Positions 1-9,568 of a DNA stretch of 64,000 nucleotides are shown in pieces. The stretch comes from Crocinitomicaceae bacterium (lineage in GTDB: Bacteria > Bacteroidota > Bacteroidia > Flavobacteriales_D > Crocinitomicaceae), in contig JBGCGA010000013.1 of the NCBI GenBank assembly GCA_045110285.1, positions 28,733 to 92,732 on the forward strand, given 5' to 3'. A program made the position numbers and the translations under genes. Each line of letters opens with the position of its first letter. Position 1 is the first letter of the stretch. The notes below the pieces were generated by a model that saw only the letters and a program-made list of their open reading frames with translations, searched no databases and was not told the DNA's origin.

Positions 1-2528
1 TCTCTCTCAAGGGCAACTGCATCTAATTCCTTTAACTTATCGTCACACATTTTCACCTTTTGCATGACTTTATCATCTGACCGAATTTCTAAGGCTTCGT
101 TATATTTGATTTTAGCATCCAAATAATCTTTGCTATCGAAGAGATTATCAGCTTCAGCAACTAAATTGTTAAATTGCTCTTCTTTTGCTTTTGCATCTGC
201 TAAACTTTCTAAGAGTTTATCAATATTTTCAATTTCTTTTAATGCCACTGGATCTTCTGTCATAAATGTCAGTGCTAATTTGTAAGATTCTTTGGCTTTA
301 TTGTAATCCTTTGTATCTCTTAAATCATTTCCAGCAGTCATTGCGGCCTCATATGCCGCTACTTTTTCTGCCTCATTTTTCAAATCTAAAAGTATTTTAT
401 TTATTTCATCAATTTTCTCCTGAGGCTCAGCTTCATCTGGTTTAATCTCTTTCGCTTTGGAATAATCAGCAATGGCTTGGTCATATGCTTTATTCCCAAA
501 TGCTTCTTTTGCAGAATTTATTGCAATAACATATTGTTTTTCTCTTTCAGCTCTATTAGCTAATTCACTTAATTTAGATTCGATTTCTTTCAACTTTTCA
601 ATTGGGTACGGGTCTTCACTTTTTACAGAATTAGCTTCAGCGAACTTTAATTTTGCTTCCTCATACTTTTCCTCCACTAATAACTTATCTCCTGCTTCAA
701 TGATAGCTTGATATGCAGCTTCAGCCTCCAATTTTGCAGCTTCTTCAGCTTTCCGTTCTTCAATTAGCTGATTCAGTTTTTTGATTTCTTCAACAGGATA
801 AGTTTCGTCTTCTTTTAATGTCAGAGCTTCAGTGTAGGAGGCAATAGCCTGCTCTAATTGCCCGTCATTTTTTTCTTTGTTTGCTTTTTCAATAGCAGCA
901 GTATATTTTGCTTCTAATTCACGAGCCAACCTCTTTTTTTCACTGATGGCCGCCATGGCTTCTAGTGCTACTGATATTTTCTCCCCTACTTCATCAGTGT
1001 TATTAATACCTCGGGCCTTCTCATATAAGTCAATTGCAGCCTCATATTCTTCCGTTGATGCAAACTGGTCTCCTTCTTTTAAAAACTTCAAGTATTGTTC
1101 ATTGGATGCCTTTTGCTTTTCTAAAAGGTCGTTTATTTCATCAATTCTAGTTTTAGGGTCCTGCTCCAATGGCATCATTTCACTTGCTTCCGTGTACAGT
1201 GTCAAAGCGCTCTCCAATTTCTCAGTATCCAATGCAGCCTTTGCCTCCTTCATCTTATTATTATAGGCTAATATATTTTCTTGCTTTGCTTTTGCTTCTG
1301 CAATCAGTTTATCTATTTGTAATATTTTATCTTTTGGAATCTGTTCGTCCGGAAATAAGCTTGAAGCCTCCAAATACTTAGCTTTAGCATCTTCGTATTT
1401 TTCATCAGCGAATAAAACTTTACCTGATTCTAGTAAAGCATTGTACTGCTCTTGTTTCAGCTTTTTTGCTTCCTCAGCTGCAAGAAAATCTTCTTTTTGC
1501 TTCTTGGTAGCTTCTAACTTACTTTTTACTTCGTCGCTTTCTCGCAATCCTAAAGCTTCAGTATACTTATCTATTGCCTCATCAAAACCTTCAGCTTTTA
1601 CTGCTATATCTCCAGCACTAACCAAAGATTCAATTTTTTTGTCTAGTGCTTTTTGTTCGGCAATTTTTAATCGAATTTCTTCAATTTTCGCAATTGGCTC
1701 TTTCTCTTTTGGTTTCAATGCCGAAGCTAAATTATACAAATTAATAGCTTCTTCCAGCGCTTCACCTTTATAAGCCTTTGCTGCTTCGCTCATTTTCGCC
1801 TCATACTTCTTTTGATTTTCTTCGTCCTTTTTTTGCTGATCCCATAGTTTTTTTGCATCTGCTAACTTTGCCTTTACCTCAGCATTATCTTTCCTAAGTT
1901 CCAATGCAAGACCATATTGTTCGACCGCAATTTCGTATCTAGTTTCCTTGACCGCTTTATTCCCTGCATCAACATAAGCTTGAAAATCTGCTTCGGTCTT
2001 CAACGCTTCTTTCTCTTGCTTTTCTTCTTCTTTCCTCTTTTCTTCTATCTGCCTTTTTAAACTCTCAATTCTTTTCAGCATTTCAGCAGTATACTCCTTG
2101 TCGAACCTGTATTCATACATGGAGTCAAAATCAAATTTTGTCATTGGAGTTTTTTCTAAAAACTGAAAGTCTACACCTTCTATACTCTCAAATATAGACG
2201 TTTCAAAACGCAGATATAATGGATCAGGAGCATCCTCAATGATGTCAATTCTAGCATCAAGCTCCGCCATTTTAGTTACGTAACCTGTTTTTCTAATAAA
2301 TATTTGATAGTACTCTCCTGTTGGAACATAGATAGTTGGCACTTTCCCATTTCCAGCAGATATGCTTTCGCTCACAAGTTTGCCATTCGCGTAAACAGAA
2401 ACTGTTGCACCCGCTAGTTTTTTCCCTGAATTGTCATCTTTTAAATTAACAACTATTTCTACGTCCTTTTCTTGCCCGTAAGCCAAAAGGGTCATACCAA
2501 ATAATATGAATATCAAAAGAATTCTCAT
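1..2528 (-). CDS. Large exported TPR-like repeat/coiled-coil protein, partial (runs off the left edge; missing from the ORF track)
   Basis: ATG at 2528 reads MRILLIFILFGMTLLAYG-QEKDV (signal peptide). A beta-rich N-domain (LKDDNSGKKLAGATVSV) is followed by about 11 repeats of ~60 aa (Y..L...GD.....YEEA...Y..A..L.P...P..KI.EI). The frame stays open to position 3. Manual translation. Confidence 0.88.
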   Translation of the reverse strand, partial: MRILLIFILFGMTLLAYGQEKDVEIVVNLKDDNSGKKLAGATVSVYANGKLVSESISAGNGKVPTIYVPTGEYYQIFIRKTGYVTKMAELDARIDIIEDAPDPLYLRFETSIFESIEGVDFQFLEKTPMTKFDFDSMYEYRFDKEYTAEMLKRIESLKRQIEEKRKEEEKQEKEALKTEADFQAYVDAGNKAVKETRYEIAVEQYGLALELRKDNAEVKAKLADAKKLWDQQKKDEENQKKYEAKMSEAAKAYKGEALEEAINLYNLASALKPKEKEPIAKIEEIRLKIAEQKALDKKIESLVSAGDIAVKAEGFDEAIDKYTEALGLRESDEVKSKLEATKKQKEDFLAAEEAKKLKQEQYNALLESGKVLFADEKYEDAKAKYLEASSLFPDEQIPKDKILQIDKLIAEAKAKQENILAYNNKMKEAKAALDTEKLESALTLYTEASEMMPLEQDPKTRIDEINDLLEKQKASNEQYLKFLKEGDQFASTEEYEAAIDLYEKARGINNTDEVGEKISVALEAMAAISEKKRLARELEAKYTAAIEKANKEKNDGQLEQAIASYTEALTLKEDETYPVEEIKKLNQLIEERKAEEAAKLEAEAAYQAIIEAGDKLLVEEKYEEAKLKFAEANSVKSEDPYPIEKLKEIESKLSELANRAEREKQYVIAINSAKEAFGNKAYDQAIADYSKAKEIKPDEAEPQEKIDEINKILLDLKNEAEKVAAYEAAMTAGNDLRDTKDYNKAKESYKLALTFMTEDPVALKEIENIDKLLESLADAKAKEEQFNNLVAEADNLFDSKDYLDAKIKYNEALEIRSDDKVMQKVKMCDDKLKELDAVALER

Positions 2529-2561
2529 GCTCTACTTAATACGTTCATATGTTCAAAAAGT

Positions 2562-2576
2562 TCAATAATCTTGCCA
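2562..2576 (-). promoter_or_regulatory. Putative sigma54 (-24/-12) promoter of the TPR-repeat gene
   Basis: Minus strand reads TGGCAAGATTATTGA (GG-N10-GA), about 34 nt upstream of the ATG. Confidence 0.5.
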
Positions 2577-2798
2577 ATAAATGGCTTTGCCTACATTCTC
2601 CCTAAAAATAAGTCCTCGTAATAGCTTACAAATATCTTAAAAAAATATCGTAATAGCGACTTATACTCAAGCCAATTAAAAGGATAAAATGAATTCAAGG
2701 CTGCCATTTTCCACTAACCCTCTTGTTTATGTGTATAAGTTCTGTACATCCTTTACGTTACGTTACTGCATTATCCTAATTTTACAACAAAAATAAAA

Positions 2799-3605
2799 AT
2801 GAGCAAACGCATCACAGAAACAGACTCACTGTATAATAATCTGGAAAAAATGAATTCTGATGAACTTTTGAGGAATATCAATTCAGAAGACAAGAAAGTT
2901 GCTTCTGCTGTCGAATCGTGTATTCCCGAAATCACTGAATTTGTTAATGACACTTATCTTCGAATGAAAAAAGGTGGTAGATTGTTTTATTTAGGGGCTG
3001 GAACTAGCGGTAGGCTTGGAGTTGTTGATGCTAGCGAATGCCCTCCTACTTTTGGTGTTTCACATGATGTTGTTAAGGGGATTATTGCTGGGGGAGACTC
3101 AGCCATTAGAAGAGCAGTTGAAAATGCGGAAGATGACGCCAACCAGGGTTGGCAGGATTTATTAAAAGAAAATTTCACAGAGTTAGATACCTTAGTAGGC
3201 ATTGCAGCCTCTGGCACTACTCCTTACGTTTTAGGAGCCATCAAAGCGGCAAAAAAATTAGGCGCAATCACATGTGGATTAACAAACAATCCAAAAAGTC
3301 CACTTTCTAACTTACCAAAACATAAAATTGTACCAGTTGTTGGTCCTGAATTTGTCACAGGCAGCACTCGAATGAAATCAGGAACCTCTCAGAAACTGGT
3401 TTTGAACATGATTTCAACTTCGTTGATGGTTTTGCTGGGTAAAGTTCGTGGAAACAAAATGGTCGACATGCAATTGAGCAATAAAAAACTTGTACAACGT
3501 GGAATTGATATGATAATGCATACCACTGGTATGGATGAAAAAAAAGCATCTGAATTACTCAGTAAATATGGAAATGTTAGAGATGCAATTGATGGCGCGA
3601 TTTAG
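2799..3605 (+). CDS. murQ: N-acetylmuramic acid 6-phosphate etherase
   Basis: GAGTSGRLGVVDASECPPTFG, GIAASGTTPYV and VGPEFVTGSTRMKSGT motifs. Confidence 0.96.
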   Translation: MSKRITETDSLYNNLEKMNSDELLRNINSEDKKVASAVESCIPEITEFVNDTYLRMKKGGRLFYLGAGTSGRLGVVDASECPPTFGVSHDVVKGIIAGGDSAIRRAVENAEDDANQGWQDLLKENFTELDTLVGIAASGTTPYVLGAIKAAKKLGAITCGLTNNPKSPLSNLPKHKIVPVVGPEFVTGSTRMKSGTSQKLVLNMISTSLMVLLGKVRGNKMVDMQLSNKKLVQRGIDMIMHTTGMDEKKASELLSKYGNVRDAIDGAI

Positions 3606-3683
3606 CCAAAATTTTAGGACTGGAATTTATAATCATTAACAGTTTTTAACAGCGCATTCACAAGGTACTAACAGTGGGTTAAA

Positions 3684-3691
3684 TAAATTTG
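3684..3691 (+). promoter_or_regulatory. Bacteroidota housekeeping promoter -7 box for the bat operon
   Basis: TAAATTTG matches TAnnTTTG, 21 nt before the ATG at 3713. Confidence 0.55.
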
Positions 3692-3712
3692 TGTTAGATC
3701 AAATTTAACCGT

Positions 3713-4723
3713 ATGGAACCACTAAGCGCGACAAGTAGCAGTATTCAGGAAATAAACGAAAGAATTCAACAAGAAAGTAGTTTTCTGGACTTAATGAAAC
3801 TTGAAATTGACAAGGTAATTGTTGGGCAAAACTACATGATAGACAGGCTATTAATTGGCTTGTTAGCAGATGGACATGTACTCCTTGAAGGCGTACCTGG
3901 ACTCGCAAAGACCTTGGCTATTAAAACACTTTCAGACACAATTGGTGGTGATTTTAGTAGAATTCAGTTTACACCTGACTTGCTACCGGCAGATGTTATT
4001 GGAACAATGATTTATAGTCAGAAAAAGGAAGAATTTAATGTAAAAAAAGGTCCAATATTCGCTAACTTTGTGCTCGCTGATGAAATTAATAGAGCGCCTG
4101 CAAAAGTGCAAAGTGCCTTGTTAGAGGCCATGCAAGAGCGGCAAATCACCATTGGTGAAACCACTCATCAATTACCTTCTCCGTTTCTGGTACTAGCGAC
4201 TCAAAATCCTGTTGAGCAAGAAGGAACCTATCCTTTACCTGAAGCACAAGTAGATAGATTTATGCTTAAAGTTAGTTTAGGATATCCTACCAAAGCAGAG
4301 GAAAAACAAATTATCCGACAAAATATTTCGGCAAAAGGTTTCCCGAAAGCTAACAAAGCTGTTTCTCTCGATCAAATTTTAAAAGCAAAAGAATTAGTGA
4401 GATCAGTTTATTTGGACGAGAAAATTGAACAGTACATTGTTGACCTTGTTTTTGCAACAAGGGATCCTAAAGCGCAAAACATTGTTGACCTTGACTATTT
4501 GATAGGATTTGGAGCATCACCGAGGGCCTCAATTAACTTAGCACTTGCAGCAAAAGCATATGCCTTTATTAACAGACGTGGATTTGTAATTCCAGAAGAT
4601 GTCCGAGCAATTTGTGCGGATGTGATGCAGCACAGAATTGGACTGACATATGAAGCGGAGGCTGAAGACATTACTCAATCTGATATTGTAAAAAAGATAA
4701 TTGAACAGGTACAGGTCCCTTGA
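3713..4723 (+). CDS. moxR: MoxR-family AAA+ ATPase (bat operon)
   Basis: Walker A GVPGLAKT, RIQFTPDLLPAD, Walker B LADEINR, ATQNPVEQEGTYPLPEAQVDRF. Confidence 0.93.
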   Translation: MEPLSATSSSIQEINERIQQESSFLDLMKLEIDKVIVGQNYMIDRLLIGLLADGHVLLEGVPGLAKTLAIKTLSDTIGGDFSRIQFTPDLLPADVIGTMIYSQKKEEFNVKKGPIFANFVLADEINRAPAKVQSALLEAMQERQITIGETTHQLPSPFLVLATQNPVEQEGTYPLPEAQVDRFMLKVSLGYPTKAEEKQIIRQNISAKGFPKANKAVSLDQILKAKELVRSVYLDEKIEQYIVDLVFATRDPKAQNIVDLDYLIGFGASPRASINLALAAKAYAFINRRGFVIPEDVRAICADVMQHRIGLTYEAEAEDITQSDIVKKIIEQVQVP

Positions 4724-4768
4724 TTTAAGAGGGACATTCGCATAAAAGTATAATGGATAACCAACTAA

Positions 4769-5635
4769 ATGGATACTAAAGCTCTTATTAAAAAAGTGCG
4801 GAAAATTGAGATTAAAACCAAAGGCTTAACTTCTCAAATTTTCTCAGGAGAATACCATTCGGCATTCAAAGGCAAAGGTATGGCTTTCAGCGAGGTGAGA
4901 GAATATGCTGTTGGAGATGAAATACGGACTATTGATTGGAACGTTACTGCTCGATTTAATGAACCCTTTGTAAAAGTGTTTGAAGAAGAAAGAGAATTGA
5001 CAGTTATGCTAGTAGTTGATGTTTCTCCGTCTGGAATGTTTGGAACAAAAAATCAGTTAAAAAGAGAAACAATTACAGAATTATGTGCTGTTTTAGCTTT
5101 TTCTGCCTCATCAAATAAAGACCGAATTGGGGTCATTCTATTTTCTGATAAAGTTGTCAAATACATTCCGCCAAAAAAAGGAAAATCTCACATTTTACAA
5201 ATAATCAGGACATTACTAAATCAAAAAGCAGAGGGAAAAAGTACCGATATACAATCTGCTTTGCAATTTTTATCAAAAATTCAAAAAAAGAAAGCAACAG
5301 TATTCTTACTCAGTGATTTCAGAAGTAAATCATACAGCAATGCATTAAAAATTGTTTCGAGAAAACATGATTTGATAGCCTTGAAATTTTCTGATTGCGG
5401 GGAATATAACTTACCCAAAATTGGACTCGCAAAATTTAAGGATTTAGAATCTGGTCAATCAGTTTGGGTAAATACTATGTTGAAAGCGGCACGCGAGAAT
5501 TATAAGGAAAAGCAAGAAAATTTTGATTACAAAATAAAACAAGAATTTAGAAAACTAAATATTGACTACGCGGATTTGAAGACTAACGAAGATTATATAA
5601 AACCACTTATGAATTTATTTGATAGAAGGAATTAA
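4769..5635 (+). CDS. DUF58 / vWA-like protein (MoxR partner)
   Basis: GMAFSEVREYAVGDEIRTIDWNVTAR and VKVFEEERELTV motifs; position in the bat operon. Confidence 0.92.
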   Translation: MDTKALIKKVRKIEIKTKGLTSQIFSGEYHSAFKGKGMAFSEVREYAVGDEIRTIDWNVTARFNEPFVKVFEEERELTVMLVVDVSPSGMFGTKNQLKRETITELCAVLAFSASSNKDRIGVILFSDKVVKYIPPKKGKSHILQIIRTLLNQKAEGKSTDIQSALQFLSKIQKKKATVFLLSDFRSKSYSNALKIVSRKHDLIALKFSDCGEYNLPKIGLAKFKDLESGQSVWVNTMLKAARENYKEKQENFDYKIKQEFRKLNIDYADLKTNEDYIKPLMNLFDRRN

Positions 5636-5638
5636 ATC

Positions 5639-6604
5639 GTGAAAAAAGCACTATACCATATCATTATACTTTTTTGTTTTGGCAATTTTGGGTTTAGTCA
5701 AGGATTCGCTTCTGCAAAATACTCTAGAGATAGCATCAGAATTGGAGAACAATTACTTTTACAGTTAGGTTTCAAGTGTCAAAAGGTCAGTATTGATAGT
5801 GTAAACTGGCCACAATTTGACGATTACTTGACAAATTCAGTGGAAATTATTGATCGATCTCGACTTCAAACAGTAGTAACAGATTCAATTACTCAAGATG
5901 TAATGTTAATGCAAAACTTTGTGCTGACTAGTTTTGAAGAAGGAGAAAATATTTTAGAACCAATTCTAATAAAGTTCAAGGATTCAATCTATTCTACCAA
6001 TGTTTCATCTTTATATGTTTCAACAGTAGCTGTTGACACGACAAATAATATTTACGACATTAAACCAATTCAAGAGGTAGACTATAAGTTGAGCAATAGA
6101 ATTAACGATTTTTTTATAGATAATTGGTATTGGATTGTAATAGTCGGATTACTGTCGCTGATCTTAATCTTACTGTATTATTTTTATAGTAAAAGAGAAA
6201 GGCAGCAAGTCATTTCACTTGCGCCTATTATACCAGCTCATATACCAGCACTTAAAAAGTTGAAAGCTTTAGCAGATAGCAGAGCTTGGGAAAATGAGGA
6301 TAAAAAAGGATACTATTCAGCTGTAACTGATACAGTCAGAAAATACCTGGAAGAACGTTTTGAGATTCAAGCGTTGGAGGAAACAACAATTGAAATAATC
6401 AGAGATTTAAAATATAGTGACATTGTATCAAAAGATAAGTTCTTTCTTGAAGAAATCTTAAAGCAAGCAGATATGGTGAAGTTTGCAAAGTATAAACCTG
6501 ATAATCAAGACGGCGAAACTGTTTTAAGTAAATCAATAGAATTTGTAGAACGCACAAAAGAATTAACTGCAAACAAATCTGCTAGTTCAAACTCTAATGA
6601 ATAA
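5639..6604 (+). CDS. Bat-operon exported/membrane protein (BatD-like N-domain, one TM helix)
   Basis: GTG start, signal peptide, TM helix at ~aa 163-183, C-terminal YYS..TD.VR.YLE.RF...ALE.TT and AD.VKFAK motifs. Confidence 0.8.
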   Translation: MKKALYHIIILFCFGNFGFSQGFASAKYSRDSIRIGEQLLLQLGFKCQKVSIDSVNWPQFDDYLTNSVEIIDRSRLQTVVTDSITQDVMLMQNFVLTSFEEGENILEPILIKFKDSIYSTNVSSLYVSTVAVDTTNNIYDIKPIQEVDYKLSNRINDFFIDNWYWIVIVGLLSLILILLYYFYSKRERQQVISLAPIIPAHIPALKKLKALADSRAWENEDKKGYYSAVTDTVRKYLEERFEIQALEETTIEIIRDLKYSDIVSKDKFFLEEILKQADMVKFAKYKPDNQDGETVLSKSIEFVERTKELTANKSASSNSNE

Positions 6605-7637
6605 TTCGTTAACTGAAATATCATTTTTCAACTATGAGTATGTAAATCCCGAGTTACTATGGTTTTTATTTGTTATTCCATTATTGGCAGCTTGGTACAT
6701 TCTGGTAAAACTGAAGAAGTCTAAATCTTTAAATATCAGCTCAACAGATAATATTCAAACAACTAGATTTAATATTTGGATATTTTTAAAACATTTTAAT
6801 TTTGGTTTATTTTTGGCTGGCATCACTTTAGTTATTTTTGCATTCGCTCGACCTCAAGACTCTAAAGATGTTGAGGAGTATCAGATAAAAAATATAGAGG
6901 GGATTGATGTCGTAATTTCGATCGATATTTCTGCAAGCATGCTAGCTCAGGATTTTAAACCAAATCGTTTAGAATCTGCGAAGAAAACAGCTCTAGATTT
7001 TATTCGAAAACGACCTAATGATAGAATTGGAATTGTGGCATATGAAGGAGAGGCATTTACACAGGCCCCTTTAACAACAGATCACAAACTTTTAGCGGCA
7101 TTGCTACACGAAGTTCAGTCAGGACTTGTGGATCCAGGGACAGCAATAGGTTCGGGCCTGCTAACAGCCGTAAATCGATTGTACAAAAGTGAAACTAAAA
7201 GTAAAGTCATTATTCTACTAACAGATGGAGTGAACAATATGGGAGAGATTGATCCGCTCACAGCTGCTCAAGTTGCTAAAGAATATGGCATTACAGTATA
7301 CACCATAGGAGTAGGCAAAAATGGATTTGCCCCATACCCTGTCAAAAATGTTTTCGGCTCGACACGATTACAAGATATTGAGGTAGAAATAGACGAGGAA
7401 CTTCTAAAAAACATTTCGGAAGAAACTGGAGGAGAGTACTTTCGAGCCCAGAATGAGAATGACCTGAACGAAATTTATGACATCATAGATAAATTAGAAA
7501 AGTCAAAAGTTGGTGTTGTTGAATTTAAAATAAACCCTCCTGAAAAATACTATGGATTTTTATTTTTTGGACTCTTACTGATCATCATTTTTTATTCAGG
7601 AGAAAAAACAGTATTAAAAAGCATTTTTAATGACTAG
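6597..7637 (+). CDS. batA: BatA vWA-domain membrane protein
   Basis: ARPQ, MIDAS DISASM, DFKPNRL, GTAIG, LLTDG. Confidence 0.9.
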   Translation: MNNSLTEISFFNYEYVNPELLWFLFVIPLLAAWYILVKLKKSKSLNISSTDNIQTTRFNIWIFLKHFNFGLFLAGITLVIFAFARPQDSKDVEEYQIKNIEGIDVVISIDISASMLAQDFKPNRLESAKKTALDFIRKRPNDRIGIVAYEGEAFTQAPLTTDHKLLAALLHEVQSGLVDPGTAIGSGLLTAVNRLYKSETKSKVIILLTDGVNNMGEIDPLTAAQVAKEYGITVYTIGVGKNGFAPYPVKNVFGSTRLQDIEVEIDEELLKNISEETGGEYFRAQNENDLNEIYDIIDKLEKSKVGVVEFKINPPEKYYGFLFFGLLLIIIFYSGEKTVLKSIFND

Positions 7638-8784
7638 CCAATACCAATATAAAATAAAATCTATTTTAATTGCTACCATAGTATTTGAACTCATTTTTTG
7701 GGCAACACTAACTGGAATTTATTTCACTCTTGATGGTAATGAGCAATTTTTTAGAGTCGAGAATAAAAATTGGTGGTATTTATTGCTTTTCATACCTATT
7801 CTACTGGTGGGTTTCTTTTTGGCATTGCGCTGGAAAAACACTACCATAAATAAACTTTCTGACACGAAACTACTGCAGTACCTGATCCCTCCTATTTCAT
7901 CTACTCGCGTATTTCTAAAGTTTATATTGTTCAAAACGGCAATTACCTTTTTTATTATTGCTTTATTAAATCCTCAATTTGGAACAGGAACAACAAAAGG
8001 TAAATCGGAAGGTGTAGAGATTGCCATTGCTCTTGATATATCTAACTCAATGAGGGCTCTTGACTTAGACAATAAGAGAAGCAGATTAAAAATTGCAAAA
8101 ATGAGCATAGAACGGCTAATGAAAAGTTTGCATGGAGACAGAGTTGCGCTTATTATTTTTGCAGGTGAAGCGTTTGTTCAAGTGCCTTTGACTGATGATT
8201 ATGGCTCATTAAAAAGCTTTTTAAACTCAATTGATCCAGACATGCTATCAAATCAAGGCACAAATATTAGCGACGCGATAGAAACTTCATTATCTGCTTT
8301 TGATTTGGAAAACAACTTTAGTAAAACTATAATAATAATATCGGATGGTGAAGATCATGAAGGTGCAGCTATTGACCGTTCTATGGAGGCATTCGAAAAA
8401 CAGGTAATTATTAATACAGTTGGTATGGGAACCACCAGTGGAACGGTAATTCCCAATATTATTAATGGAAAAAGAGCTGGCTTAAAGAAAGACAGCAAAG
8501 GGAAAACTGTAACTACTAAGGTTAACTCGAAGATGCTAACTAGCATTGCAAGAAAAGGCGGTGGAGAATATGTTCAAGCACAAGGATCTTTCGTTGATTT
8601 ACAACCACTAATTAATAATATCAACAGCCTAGAAAAAACTGAATTTGAGTCAAAATCATTTACAGATTACCAAGACCAATTTCAATGGTTTATTGCAATA
8701 GGATTGTTATTTATTCTATTGTACTTTGTGCTACCAAACAAACAATTTAATAAAAATGAACCTCAATTAAATGAAAATGAATAG
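7630..8784 (+). CDS. batB: BatB vWA-domain membrane protein
   Basis: DISNSM, GDRVALIIFAG, QGTNI, ISDGEDHEG, QFQWF; follows batA. Confidence 0.88.
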   Translation: MTSQYQYKIKSILIATIVFELIFWATLTGIYFTLDGNEQFFRVENKNWWYLLLFIPILLVGFFLALRWKNTTINKLSDTKLLQYLIPPISSTRVFLKFILFKTAITFFIIALLNPQFGTGTTKGKSEGVEIAIALDISNSMRALDLDNKRSRLKIAKMSIERLMKSLHGDRVALIIFAGEAFVQVPLTDDYGSLKSFLNSIDPDMLSNQGTNISDAIETSLSAFDLENNFSKTIIIISDGEDHEGAAIDRSMEAFEKQVIINTVGMGTTSGTVIPNIINGKRAGLKKDSKGKTVTTKVNSKMLTSIARKGGGEYVQAQGSFVDLQPLINNINSLEKTEFESKSFTDYQDQFQWFIAIGLLFILLYFVLPNKQFNKNEPQLNENE

Positions 8785-9559
8785 ACTCTTATTAGTGATG
8801 ATAATATTGCTATCCTTTAAAGCACTTTGTCAAAATAATACATTGAAAAACATGTATAATGGCAATATGTTGTACAGTAATGCTTTTTATGAGGAGGCTA
8901 TTGAAGAATACGAAAAAATAACAGCAAGCCTACCATTTCACTTTAAATCAAATTATAATTTAGGTAATTCAAATTTTCGGCTAAAGGAATATGACAAAGC
9001 TATTGAGCATTACGAAAGTATTGTAGAAAAAGGCAAAACGAAATCTCTAAATGCTGATATTTACCACAATATTGGTAACTGCTATGTGATGAAAAATGAA
9101 TTTGAAGCTGCCATTCAAGCCTATAAAAATAGCTTAAAACTAAATCCATTTGCTGAAGACACCAGATACAATTTGGCATTTGCAATGAAAATTTTAGAAG
9201 AACAAAAAAAGAAAGAAGAAAAGAATCAAGAACAAAAAGAAAATTCAGATCAAGACGAAAAAAATGAAGAGCAAAACAGCGAAAATGCTGAAAAATCAGA
9301 TGACAAAAGTGATAAAAATCAAGAACCTGAAGACAAACAAGACAAGGAGAAAAATGATGTAAAAGAAAACAATCAACAAGACAAAGACATTGACGAAAAA
9401 AATAAGAAAGAACAAAAAAACAAACCTGATATGCTCAGTAAAGAGCAAGCCAAGCGACTTTTAGAAGCAGCGGCACGGGCAGAGAAAGAAATACAGGAAA
9501 AAAAGGACGAAAAGCTTAAAATTGGAACTGGAAAGCCGAAAGCAAAAAAAGACTGGTAA
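8771..9559 (+). CDS. batC: BatC TPR protein with a charged low-complexity tail
   Basis: YNLGN and YHNIGN TPRs, RYNLA, E/K/Q/D-rich linker, C-terminal KDW. Confidence 0.88.
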   Translation: MKMNRLLLVMIILLSFKALCQNNTLKNMYNGNMLYSNAFYEEAIEEYEKITASLPFHFKSNYNLGNSNFRLKEYDKAIEHYESIVEKGKTKSLNADIYHNIGNCYVMKNEFEAAIQAYKNSLKLNPFAEDTRYNLAFAMKILEEQKKKEEKNQEQKENSDQDEKNEEQNSENAEKSDDKSDKNQEPEDKQDKEKNDVKENNQQDKDIDEKNKKEQKNKPDMLSKEQAKRLLEAAARAEKEIQEKKDEKLKIGTGKPKAKKDW

Positions 9560-9568
9560 AAGTTAATA

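Noticed and set aside
472-1773. Four plus-strand ORFs in the track (472, 877, 1169, 1441)
   Set aside because: Ser/Phe-rich antisense shadows of the long minus-strand TPR gene
9190-9430. A-rich quasi-repeats in batC
   Set aside because: Low-complexity K/E/Q/D/N linker typical of BatC; not an array
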